A stretch of DNA of 47,256 nucleotides from a virus (taxonomy: Duplodnaviria > Heunggongvirae > Uroviricota > Caudoviricetes), in IMG/VR virus record IMGVR_UViG_3300042563_001894. One strand, 5' to 3'. Every line of letters begins with the position of its first letter. Position 1 is the stretch's first letter. A program made the translations under genes and the position numbers. Shown here piece after piece: positions 1 to 10,300 of this stretch. The notes under the pieces are model-generated. The model was not told the origin of the DNA. It saw only the letters and a program-made list of their open reading frames with translations, and did no database searches.

Positions 1-2
1 GA

Positions 3-122
3 AGTTTTTTAAGAGAAAATGAACCGTCATTGGACTTAAAAAGAAGTGTAATCGCCCCTTCAGGAGAATTGGTATCTTTCGAGATAACCTTTGGGGTGGA
101 CTTTTTTCGACCTTTCTTCTAA
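3..122 (+). CDS. 3' end of tail assembly chaperone (gpG-like / T4 gp26-like), truncated by window edge
   Basis: Hand translation SFLRENEPSLDLKRSVIAPSGELVSFEITFGVDFFRPFF*. It lies directly upstream of the tape measure gene, and the C-terminal ..FF.P ending resembles myovirus tail/hub assembly chaperones. Confidence 0.6.
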   Translation, partial: SFLRENEPSLDLKRSVIAPSGELVSFEITFGVDFFRPFF

Positions 123-261
123 TCATAGACAATTATTAATTGAGGAATATTTGTACTTAGCTCAAACAATATACGTATCATATTCGGATTTCCACACAAT
201 GCCGACATATGTTAGAAAATATTTAATAAATCGAGTAATCGAGAATAACACACCAAACTAG
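88..261 (+). CDS. Probable frameshift extension (gpT-like part of a gpGT fusion), or a small TTG-start ORF
   Basis: The +1 frame is open from 88 (after TAA 85-87) to TAG 259-261, reading ...FDLSSNHRQLLIEEYLYLAQTIYVSYSDFHTMPTYVRKYLINRVIENNTPN*. It overlaps the chaperone end, has no ATG near its start, and sits in the canonical G/GT position. Confidence 0.6.
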   Translation, partial: PLGWTFFDLSSNHRQLLIEEYLYLAQTIYVSYSDFHTMPTYVRKYLINRVIENNTPN

Positions 262-284
262 TGATTTAAAAACTATGTTTGGTG

Positions 285-291
285 TATTTAT
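285..291 (+). promoter_or_regulatory. TATTTAT motif (putative phage late promoter)
   Basis: Same heptamer recurs in the short intergenic gaps upstream of several structural genes; here 18 nt before ATG 310. Confidence 0.5.
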
Positions 292-309
292 TTAGAAACA
301 CATTTAATT

Positions 310-2055
310 ATGGTAGATAAAGCACCGGAGGGTACTTCAACAGGAGGGATAAAAGGACTAGGGGACGCCCTTGGGTCTAATTTTGACCCAATCGCAATAG
401 CAAAAGTAGTGTTGACACTTGATAATGCGGCAAGTGAAATGCTTAAGAAATTTGGTCAAGGTCAGGCTATGTCGGATTTATTACGTGGTAGTATGGCGGA
501 GGCTGTTACTTCAGTAAGAAAATTAGGTGGTGATATTGCAGATGTTCTTGCGACACAAAAAGATGCGTCCGAAACTTTAGGTAGAAACGTTGTTTTATCA
601 GAAAAAACAACTAAAGATTTATACGCAACAATGAAAGTTACCGGACAATCTGTTAAAGATATTGTTGCAGGTATGGCGGACGCGGGTATTGGTGCGGGAA
701 GGGCAACAAGTGAAATGTTAAAAGTTGTTAATGTTGCTCGAGAATCAGGGGTTAATGCTCAGGCGGTGTCAGGTGCAGTTATTAAAAATATGGAGGCTCT
801 TAATAAATTTAATTTTGCTGGTGGTGTTGAAGGTTTGGCAAAAATGGCAGCACAATCAACAGCGTTAAGAGTTGATATGGGTAAAACATTAGAGTTGGCT
901 GACAGATTATTTGACCCTGAAAAAGCGATTGATTTAGCCGCATCAATGCAACGATTAGGTGTTTCACAAAGTTCATTATTAGACCCATTAAAATTAATGG
1001 ATTTAGCTCAAAATGACCCTGCTGAATTACAAAATCAAATTGCACAAATGAGTAAACAATTTGTTCAATTGGGTAAAGATGGACATTTTGAAATTATGCC
1101 GGGAGCGAAACGACAATTGAGAGAGATTTCAAGTGCTATGGGGATATCATATAATGACATTACTAAAATGGCGTTAGGTAGTGCCGACTTAGATAAGAAA
1201 ATGAAGGAAATATCCTTTCCAAGCGCGACTGAGGACCAAAAGAAAATGATTGCCAATATGGCAGAAATGGGTGCCGGTGGAACTTATGAAATTAAAACAG
1301 CCGCGGGAGAAACTAAAGATGTTAGTAAATTAACAGGTCCTGAAATAGAAGCTCTTGAAAAAATGGCAAATACCGCTCCTCCAACAATGGAAGAGTTAGC
1401 CAAACAACAATTAACCGCAACACAATCTATTACGGCAGCGATAAATAGTTTGGCGGATAGAACGGGTTTAGGTGCTGCTCGTAGTGAAACTGCAGGTGGG
1501 ATATTAAAAGGGACGAGAGCGGTTGCCACCGCGGCGTCAGAAATTCCAGGTGAAGGGTTATCAGCAAAAAACATTGCTCAAGGTATTGATAATACTGTGG
1601 ACTCACTAAAAACTGCGATTGCAAAATATGCGGCGACAGGGGAAAAAACAGATGTTTTAGGAAATATTATGTCTAGTTTTGGAGGGTTTGTAAAAAAAGA
1701 ATTAATGGATTCATTTTCAAATGTACAAGTTCAGGCGGATAAGCTAAGTGCGGAATTTCCTATGGCAACAGGTACAATAAAGGCATTCAACCAAATGATG
1801 GCAGGGACCTTACCTCCATCCTCAACAAATTCATCAATACCTCGAGGAACAGTTGGGACTAGTAGTTCACAAGTGTCAAATCAAAAATCAACAATGGACG
1901 TTAATTTAAATGTTAAAGTGGATTCTAATTCTCCAAATATTGATGCAAAACAAATGGAACAAATTTTTACAAATCCCGCATTAATGGAAAAATTAACAGT
2001 TAGTGTTAGAGATGGTATTAATAAAATGAATCCTGTTAAAAATGAACGACCTTAA
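310..2055 (+). CDS. Tail tape measure protein (581 aa)
   Basis: Ala/Met/Lys/Gln-rich, apparently helical sequence. Positioned between the tail chaperone and the tube-initiator/LysM/hub genes, as in contractile tail operons. Confidence 0.65.
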   Translation: MVDKAPEGTSTGGIKGLGDALGSNFDPIAIAKVVLTLDNAASEMLKKFGQGQAMSDLLRGSMAEAVTSVRKLGGDIADVLATQKDASETLGRNVVLSEKTTKDLYATMKVTGQSVKDIVAGMADAGIGAGRATSEMLKVVNVARESGVNAQAVSGAVIKNMEALNKFNFAGGVEGLAKMAAQSTALRVDMGKTLELADRLFDPEKAIDLAASMQRLGVSQSSLLDPLKLMDLAQNDPAELQNQIAQMSKQFVQLGKDGHFEIMPGAKRQLREISSAMGISYNDITKMALGSADLDKKMKEISFPSATEDQKKMIANMAEMGAGGTYEIKTAAGETKDVSKLTGPEIEALEKMANTAPPTMEELAKQQLTATQSITAAINSLADRTGLGAARSETAGGILKGTRAVATAASEIPGEGLSAKNIAQGIDNTVDSLKTAIAKYAATGEKTDVLGNIMSSFGGFVKKELMDSFSNVQVQADKLSAEFPMATGTIKAFNQMMAGTLPPSSTNSSIPRGTVGTSSSQVSNQKSTMDVNLNVKVDSNSPNIDAKQMEQIFTNPALMEKLTVSVRDGINKMNPVKNERP

Positions 2056-2070
2056 AATAGATTATTAATC

Positions 2071-2077
2071 TATTTAT
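2071..2077 (+). promoter_or_regulatory. TATTTAT motif (putative late promoter)
   Basis: Intergenic, 17 nt before ATG 2095, followed by an A-rich leader. Confidence 0.5.
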
Positions 2078-2094
2078 TATAAAAGAAAAAAAAT

Positions 2095-5000
2095 ATGTCA
2101 AATAGTACATTATCATTTGCTTCATCATCTTCATTTAGAGATATTTTATTGGCTAAAAATTTAGCCCCATATAATGTTGTCGGAGTATATTCACCACAAG
2201 TTGGTAATTTAACTTATGAAACAGTTTTAAATGTTAGTAATGTTATTGATTCACCAAATGACTTAATTGCTAATGACCCATTTGCTGCACAATTATATCC
2301 ATTAAATGAATATGGTCCTAATGGAGGTTATAACACAATAATAGATTATAATGGAGCTCCTCTTCCGGTAAATTCAAATCAGGGTGAGTATAGTCCGGAT
2401 GATACTGTGTTAGATTTAGTTAATGAATTTTTTATTGATACAGCGTATATTGTAAACTATTATGGACCTGTTGGTGGATTTAGCAATTTGTTTGGGGTTA
2501 CCACACAAATGTTAGCAGCACCAATACATCAACCATATGGGTCTACGTTTATACCTTCAACCTATTCTCCTTATTCAATATTATTATCAACAAATCCTAC
2601 GGGTAGTGATGGTTCATTATCTCAGGATTCGTATTTAGCGAGATTAGGTGCTCTACAATTAAACGAGGCGTTTCAAGATAGGATAGCTAGACAAATTTTT
2701 ATAAACACAGTTGGTCAAGTAAATTTAGAATCACTATCGGACCCATTTGAGGCTAGTTTAATTATTTCAGGACAAGAACCTTTAATTTATAGAAATTGGA
2801 AGATTACGTCACCTGAGGACCCTATTACGGCAGCCGCTGACTTAATTACAAGATTAGGTGGTGCGTATTGGCCTGTTTCACCAATTCCGGGAGATTATTT
2901 TACAGATAACACAAGAAATGGTCAAACACAACAAACATCAAACGCGTTAAACGTAGTTAATCAATTAACAGGTGGGTTTTTGGGTCCAATTTTAAATGCT
3001 AAAAGAAACCCTTCTGAAATATTTTTGGCGAACACCGGAAATGGACAAAGGTCTGTTTTATTTAGAAATCTAAATTATAATCGTTATCAACCAAGTTATA
3101 ATAAAACTTTTGGTGGGTTATTAGGTGTTGGGCAAGCTATTGTTAGTTTAATAAACCCTGATAATGGAACCTTAGTTGGTGGTTATTATGTTGGTAGTAG
3201 AAATGCTGAACCATCTACAATAACTTCACCACCAAATCAAGTTCCTGTTAACGCTTTTGGACAACAAGAAGATGTTCCGGTATATGGACCATCTGAATTA
3301 GGTATTTTATTTGAGGGTAATCAAGACACTCTTAACTTTGGACTTGCGGCTAAATCATTAAGTGATGGTGGTGGTATTGATGGACAATTTGTTTGGACAT
3401 CACCAAAATATAAACCAAATGCGGGATTCAAAGCGACACCCGGAGGTGGGTCAGGTTCAGCGGATTCTGAATTTAATTTAATTAGTAGCAATTACCTTAA
3501 AGACGAATCAACTAATTTTGTGTTTAAAGCAACATCAATTTTAGATGAAACTCAAAGATTAGTAAATTCTGCTGATAATGTTCAAGGAATTTCAAGACTA
3601 AAACACGTCGGTAATGCTATTAATCAAGTTAGTAAAGTGTTTCACGATGGATATAAAGAAATGACAAAAGGTTCTCAGGTTGTGTCGTATACTGACCAAA
3701 CAACCGGTGGTGAGGCAGGTATTGAATATTGTAGAGTTTTTACTAAAGACACACCATATTACACATATAATGATTTACAAAAAGTAGATGGTATTACAAC
3801 ATCAGGAAGAAAATTTGCTAGTTCAGTATTTGACAACACATTTAATTTAAATATTTCACCAACAAGAAATCCGGGGTCGACAAATATTATTGCCGATGGA
3901 CCAAATGGTATTGGTGGGTATGCTAAAAAATATATGTTCTCAATTGAGAATTTGGCTTGGAGAACATCAAGTAAACAAGGTTTTACTTATGATGAACTAC
4001 CTGTTTGTGAAAAAGGACCAAACGGGGGTAGAGTTATGTGGTTTCCACCATATGATATTAAATTTAACGATACAAGTAACGCTAATTGGACGGAAACTTC
4101 TTTCTTAGGTAGACCCGAACCAATCTATACATATAAAGACACTAGAAGAAGTGGAACATTAAGTTGGAAAATAATTGTTGACCACCCTTCGGTTATGAAT
4201 GTTATTGTTGAGAAACAATTAAAAGGACAGAATAAAGAAAGAATTAATTCTATTATTGATTCATTTTTTGCGGGTTGTGTTAAATATGATATTTACGAAT
4301 TGGCTAAAAAATTCAATACTGTCCCAACTAAAGATTTATATACTTATCAACAGATATTAAACGACCCTAATTTAGATAAAAATACCGCAAAAGAGGTTAT
4401 TAGTAGTAATGAAGGAAATGCGTCGGTTGGAACGGTAACAACGCCTCGTAATAGTTCGACAAAATCAAACCCTGAGTTATCAATTGCCGATTTAAGTAAG
4501 TATAATAATTTAGGGTTCTATTTTGATAATGATGTTCCGGGACCAAATAATAAAACTGCGGAAAAACCAAACTCATCATATAAGGCGGATTATGATAATT
4601 ACACTAGTACTATGAATCAAGACCAATATGTTGCGATATCAACAAATACTTTTAGTCCACCAAGTATTAATTTAAATGTTCAACCATTTTTTACTAATGT
4701 TGTTATTGACAATTTTAATCAGATTAACTCTGGTTTTGTTGAAGATGCTTTTAAAATATTAAGTGAAAAAACAGGGACTATTCAAATATTATTAACTAGT
4801 TCAGCTTCCGCTCCTGCGAGTAAAGATTACAATGTAAAATTATCCATAAGACGAAAAAATTCTGTTGTTGAATATTTACAAACAACTAAATTAAAACCAT
4901 TTATTGATGTGGATAAGACACTAACGTTTCTTGATGTTAATAAAGGTGAGGGAGAAGTTGTTTCATTCCCACAATCATCGACAGGTGTTTTTGGTGCGTC

Positions 5001-7008
5001 AGTTAACTGTACTGACGATATTTTATCAAAAACAAATAAAGTTACTAAAGATTCTCAAAAGTATTCTGTTAGTGCAATGGCTTGTCGAAGAGTTACATTA
5101 AAAGATATAAAAGTAACGGCAACACCTGTTGATAAACCGGTAGAACCTATTATTGAGGATGTTATAATACCTCCGGTAGTGGCACCAAAACCAAAACCAA
5201 AACCAACATATCGAACAGAAAAAACAATAAAGGATGGGATTAGTAAACTAATTGTAAGAAGATTACTTTCTGAATGTGATTATTTTGATGTTGTTAAAAA
5301 AGAGGTTCCTATGTTATATGATTCTATTCAGGAAAAAATCAAATATTTTAATCCTGCGTTCCACTCTATGACACCGGAAGGATTAAACTCTCGTTTAACC
5401 TTCTTGAATCAATGTGTTCGTCCTGGTGAAACAATTCCGGTTATTGGGGATAATGGACAGATAGTTGCAAATGATGCCTTAAATACCTCCTTTGGTGCTC
5501 CACCGGTATTAGTTTTAAGGATTGGGGATTTTTATAATTGTAAAATAATACCAAAAAGTGTTGCGTTCTCATACGAACCATTAGTGTTTGATTTAAACCC
5601 TGAAGGAATTGGTATTCAACCTATGATTGCTAATGTTTCAATGAATTTTGATATTATTGGTGGTATGGGTCTTGAAAAACCTGTTGAAGAATTACAAAAC
5701 GCATTATCATTCAATTACTACGCTAATACTGAAATTTATGACGAAAGAGCTAAAGCGACCGATGATAGTTGGAAAAAATTAGACAAACAATATTTCCAAG
5801 ATTTAATTGATGAACAACCTACGCAAACTCAAGTTGATAATCAACAAACAAATTCTGCGGGAGAAACTATTGGACAAATTCAAACAACTGTTAATGGTGC
5901 TAGTGGTCAAACAGGTGATATCACTTATATGAAAATTATGGATAGTTTATTGGATGTTAGTAAAGAATATATTGTAAATCTAGTGAATCAATCAGAATCG
6001 ACAATTAAATCATATAATGGTGGTGTTTGGCAATTAATGACTCAAGAAAGACAATATACAGGTGGTGAATTTAATATGGGAACATCAAGTCAATTAGTTA
6101 CAATCTATGGTAAGTCAGTTTATGAACAAAGAGTGATTGATTTATTTTCGGCATTATTAAATGATATATCAAGTGGCACTAATTTTATTATTGTTGGTTT
6201 AAATAGTGTGTTTACTGACACAACAGCGGTTAGGAGTGTTACAACTAATTTAACAAATTACATTAAAGCAATGCAGACGGATTTCAGTAACGGGATTGAG
6301 GAAATTAGTAATAAGATTGTTGAACAAGAACAGGGTATGGTACAAGTTTTTAGAAAAATTAATTATGTGACAACATTATCTGATGGTGTGTTGATAGATA
6401 GTAAAGCAAAAATTTATACAATTACCGCAACTGAAGAAGTTGACAGAGGTGATACTCAAGAGAGTGTGGACACATTCCAAGAAATGATATTTGATTATGA
6501 TTTGGTTGCGACTAGAATGAATAAATATAATGAAACTTTAAGTAGTGTAGATTTTAATATAATTAGTAATGGATATACTGAACCGGGAGGATTTACTTCG
6601 GCGGTGTTTGATGATTTAACTGATAAAAGATTTTTTATGGTTATGGCTCAAGTATTCAATAATAGAAGTAATTTCAACACATTTAAATCTGCAATTATTA
6701 CAAATGAGTTGGATAATACTTATGATGACTTATCTAAAAATTTTAACAAAATTGTTGATAAATTTAGAGATAGTGTAATTGAAGAATTAGATTTTGAAGA
6801 AAAAAATATTAAATCTCTTAAAAAATCGCCTGACTATATTGGGTGGACTAAAGATAACATTTATAATAAGGGAAAAGTACGTAAGTTTACGTATACTACA
6901 GAACCTTCACCAACAAATGATGAACAAACTAATAATTTAATATTATTGTATAAAGGTGATAATACAGGTGATAAAACAATTTGGACGGATAAAACTCAAT
7001 TTAATTAA
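2095..7008 (+). CDS. Tail tube initiator / baseplate protein (T4 gp48/gp54-, P2 gpU-like) with inserted OmpA-like domain (1637 aa)
   Basis: Tube-initiator-like motifs NW...FLGRPEPIYTYKDTRRSGTLSW and LNSRLTFLNQC...PPVLVLRIGDF...ANVSMNFDII. Between them is an OmpA-C-like pattern YNVKLSIRRKNSVVEYL...GEGE...CRRVTL. Synteny after TMP and before LysM. Confidence 0.6.
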   Translation: MSNSTLSFASSSSFRDILLAKNLAPYNVVGVYSPQVGNLTYETVLNVSNVIDSPNDLIANDPFAAQLYPLNEYGPNGGYNTIIDYNGAPLPVNSNQGEYSPDDTVLDLVNEFFIDTAYIVNYYGPVGGFSNLFGVTTQMLAAPIHQPYGSTFIPSTYSPYSILLSTNPTGSDGSLSQDSYLARLGALQLNEAFQDRIARQIFINTVGQVNLESLSDPFEASLIISGQEPLIYRNWKITSPEDPITAAADLITRLGGAYWPVSPIPGDYFTDNTRNGQTQQTSNALNVVNQLTGGFLGPILNAKRNPSEIFLANTGNGQRSVLFRNLNYNRYQPSYNKTFGGLLGVGQAIVSLINPDNGTLVGGYYVGSRNAEPSTITSPPNQVPVNAFGQQEDVPVYGPSELGILFEGNQDTLNFGLAAKSLSDGGGIDGQFVWTSPKYKPNAGFKATPGGGSGSADSEFNLISSNYLKDESTNFVFKATSILDETQRLVNSADNVQGISRLKHVGNAINQVSKVFHDGYKEMTKGSQVVSYTDQTTGGEAGIEYCRVFTKDTPYYTYNDLQKVDGITTSGRKFASSVFDNTFNLNISPTRNPGSTNIIADGPNGIGGYAKKYMFSIENLAWRTSSKQGFTYDELPVCEKGPNGGRVMWFPPYDIKFNDTSNANWTETSFLGRPEPIYTYKDTRRSGTLSWKIIVDHPSVMNVIVEKQLKGQNKERINSIIDSFFAGCVKYDIYELAKKFNTVPTKDLYTYQQILNDPNLDKNTAKEVISSNEGNASVGTVTTPRNSSTKSNPELSIADLSKYNNLGFYFDNDVPGPNNKTAEKPNSSYKADYDNYTSTMNQDQYVAISTNTFSPPSINLNVQPFFTNVVIDNFNQINSGFVEDAFKILSEKTGTIQILLTSSASAPASKDYNVKLSIRRKNSVVEYLQTTKLKPFIDVDKTLTFLDVNKGEGEVVSFPQSSTGVFGASVNCTDDILSKTNKVTKDSQKYSVSAMACRRVTLKDIKVTATPVDKPVEPIIEDVIIPPVVAPKPKPKPTYRTEKTIKDGISKLIVRRLLSECDYFDVVKKEVPMLYDSIQEKIKYFNPAFHSMTPEGLNSRLTFLNQCVRPGETIPVIGDNGQIVANDALNTSFGAPPVLVLRIGDFYNCKIIPKSVAFSYEPLVFDLNPEGIGIQPMIANVSMNFDIIGGMGLEKPVEELQNALSFNYYANTEIYDERAKATDDSWKKLDKQYFQDLIDEQPTQTQVDNQQTNSAGETIGQIQTTVNGASGQTGDITYMKIMDSLLDVSKEYIVNLVNQSESTIKSYNGGVWQLMTQERQYTGGEFNMGTSSQLVTIYGKSVYEQRVIDLFSALLNDISSGTNFIIVGLNSVFTDTTAVRSVTTNLTNYIKAMQTDFSNGIEEISNKIVEQEQGMVQVFRKINYVTTLSDGVLIDSKAKIYTITATEEVDRGDTQESVDTFQEMIFDYDLVATRMNKYNETLSSVDFNIISNGYTEPGGFTSAVFDDLTDKRFFMVMAQVFNNRSNFNTFKSAIITNELDNTYDDLSKNFNKIVDKFRDSVIEELDFEEKNIKSLKKSPDYIGWTKDNIYNKGKVRKFTYTTEPSPTNDEQTNNLILLYKGDNTGDKTIWTDKTQFN

Positions 7009-7010
7009 AA

Positions 7011-7337
7011 ATGACTAATAGACAAAATTATAATAGGTATAATGAATTTTTAATAAATGGTGAACAGAGTGTTGTCCCATACATCTCCATTTCAAGTAAA
7101 TCATCAGATAAAAGAGTAATTTATAAGATAGGTCAATCTAGATTGGATAAAATATCTCAACAATATTATGGTACACCAACATTTGGGTGGTTAATTTTAG
7201 CCGCAAACCCAATTTTTGGGGGAAATGAGTGGGCTATCCCGGATGCTGCTATATTGACAATTCCATTTCCTTTAGTATCATCTTTACAAGAATATAAATC
7301 TCAATTAGACAATCATTTCTATTATTATGGTAGGTAA
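7011..7337 (+). CDS. LysM-domain baseplate wedge protein (T4 gp53 / P2 gpX-like)
   Basis: LysM-like SRLDKISQQYYGTPTFGWLILAANP...IPDAAILTIP; position between tube initiator and hub. Confidence 0.8.
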   Translation: MTNRQNYNRYNEFLINGEQSVVPYISISSKSSDKRVIYKIGQSRLDKISQQYYGTPTFGWLILAANPIFGGNEWAIPDAAILTIPFPLVSSLQEYKSQLDNHFYYYGR

Positions 7338-10300
7338 ACCCGAAAATATATTAGTCGAATTCGACTATAACAATATTACAATTATTGACCCAAACAAGGT
7401 TGTTGATAGTGATAATAAAGTAAAAGATAGATTTGTAAAGCAAGAAGATTTAGTAATGTATGCCAATCTTGAGTGTAGTGTTTTACCGAGAACTAAATTA
7501 GCTCTTGGTACCGCAAATAATGATTCTATTAGAACAGTATCAATCGCTAAAATTAATTTTTTAAAACCGGGTGATAAACCATATTTAGATAATTCATATA
7601 CTGATGAAATAACAGGTAAAGGTGCGATAAGAGGAGAAGGTGTTAACCAACCAACTTTCCAAAGTATTACAAACCCAAATAACAGTGATGATTTTTATCT
7701 TAAACAAACAATTAGTTCAGGGGGTAAACCCGGAGCGGTAGATAATGGTTTGTTAGGAATCACTTCGATTAATATTAGACAAGGGTTAGATTTCTTACCA
7801 ACAATTGATATTACTTTAGTTGATGTGAAAGGACGTGCTTTGTTTGAAGCTGGTGATAACTCACCATATGCGGCATTTTTTAATTTACCATATCCATTAT
7901 TTCATTTAACAATTAAAGGGTATTTTGGTAAAGCGGTTAGATTAGGGTTAATGTTACAAAATTTCACAACAACATATGATTCTAATACGGCTAATTTTAC
8001 AATTGCTTTGAAGTTTTACACATACAAATATACTGTTTTAAGTGATGTTACTATGGGTGCTCTTTTAGCAACACCACATATGTATCAATCAAGATTTAAT
8101 ATTACTAGAACTAGTGGTGGTCCATCTACAACAACTAAAACAGATAATGTTGTTGTTGAACGAGGTTATCAGAAAATAGTTGAAATGTATAGTGAGTATA
8201 AGTCAAAAGGGTTAATACCTAATGATTTTCCTGAAATCACATTAATGCAGATGAAGGATAGAATAGAAAACTTCATTAAGAATGTTCTTGATTCATTTAC
8301 AAAACAAAACTTAGACCCATTAACTAATTTAGACACTTATGGAACCCAATTGAGGGACTATCAAAAAGAAGTGTTTTATACGGTAAAAACTTCGTGGTTT
8401 AATGAATTTATGGATACTGAGAATTACTATATTTTAAATAAATTAGACACAAAGGTTTACACCTTCAAGAAAAATTTAGACCCTCAAAAGAAAAGTGACG
8501 CGATTTCAAAACTAAAAGGGTTAATTGGGAAGTATAATACATTACTTAATGAAAATGTTACTTGTGGTAATGTCAATGGTAAAGGTAGTTATACAATCAA
8601 CGGGAAAGTTACGAAATGTTCTATTCCAAATAGTGTTAAATACGAAACAAAGGGTGTTTTTACAATAGATATTAACCCTAATGATATTAATTTAACTGAA
8701 ACATATAAATTACAGAAAAAAAATAGTCAACCAACACCAGAAGATTTAACAAAATTCCAAGCAGAGTTGGCGACCACAAATCTTTTTAATAATACTGAAA
8801 TAACCCTTAAAAATGGTGCAAAAGAAGTTGTTCAAAACTATTTTGTGTTTGAAGGAAAGGGTTCGTTTATCGATTTAACAGATAAAATGAATACTCTTTT
8901 AACAACTAACAGAGGATTAGTTGAAGACGAGTTAACAAAAGCTCTTGCTGAGTTATTGGAGAATAAAGACAATGGTATCGGGTTTGTACCAACAATTAGA
9001 AATGTGTTAGCGGTTGTTTTTGCTAATGGAGAGGCGTTTTTACGTTTAATGGATGATGTTCACACAAAAGCTTGGGAGCAAAGAGATTCTAAAATTAGAA
9101 AAGGTGTTATTTTTGACAAACAAATTGCAAACGCTAGTGCGGATAATAAAAGTTCGGGGGACGATAAAAATCAACCGGTATATCCTTGGCCTCAAGTTAT
9201 TAAAGAAACGACAGGGGAAAATGGTCAGGAAAAGTATGAGTTAAGATATCCGGGGGATAGTGATATTGTTGGTGAAACTAAAGGTTACCTATATGATGTT
9301 TGGCCGGAAATAGAATTTGTTGAAGAATTCATTAAGGGTTTGACTCAAAAAACACCACCACCACAACCACCAGCTAAAACTTCTAATGACACAAAAGACA
9401 CGAATAGAGTTTCATTAGGTGCGATTGAATTTCCTATCAGTAATGAGGTGTATCAAAATAAAGTTATTAGTAAATTTATTTATGAAATATATGAAAGAGT
9501 ATTGTTGACCTCACATTATTCCAAATTAGATAGAACTAATGTTTCAACATCTGAGGCGGATAAAATTGCTAACGTTATTGGTGAAGGAGAAAATATAAAT
9601 ATATCAAAGAGTGTTTCAGATAATAGTGATGTTGAATTAATTAAAACTTTAAAAGAGTATAATCTTAACTCATCTAATTTTCAAAGTGTGTTAAAACATA
9701 TATCAAATGAGGGTGTTTCGGTTAGTTGGCAAAACTACATACGAGGTATTTTCAACACGGGGTATATAAAAAATACTGTTGAAAACGCGTCTTTTGAGTT
9801 TAAAACATCTGATGAAATAAATGATTCAAAATCACAACCATTAGTTTCGTTAAGTAATGAAAAAGATATTGTTGATTATGTTGCGACTTCTACAACATCA
9901 AATAAGTATGACTTTACTGACACTTATCCGTTTACAGATAAGACTTGGGTAAAAGGTAATTTGGCGAATGGTGTTTCTACAGATGAAACGTTAGCGTTTA
10001 ATACAACAAAAACGTTAATTTATAACCCCAATAAAAAAGTTATTTCAAATTTCAGTGATATCCAATCTGAAGATGTTAAAAAACCAATAACAAATTTTGT
10101 TTATAAAAATGTTGTAATGCCAACAATTGTTGACGATGATTTGAGGAATTTTTATAGTACTAGAACATATACTAATCAATTACCAACTGAAGGGGATGTC
10201 AAATATTTAAATTATAGTGGACTTGTTAGTAGTTATCAAACTACATCAATTTTTAATACACCATATTTTATAAACTCAATTCAAGAGGGTGTGGTGAATT

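Noticed and set aside
101-139. Canonical -1 frameshift for the tail chaperone
   Set aside because: The -1 frame hits TAA at 137-139 after about 12 codons; only the +1/-2 frame gives a substantial extension.
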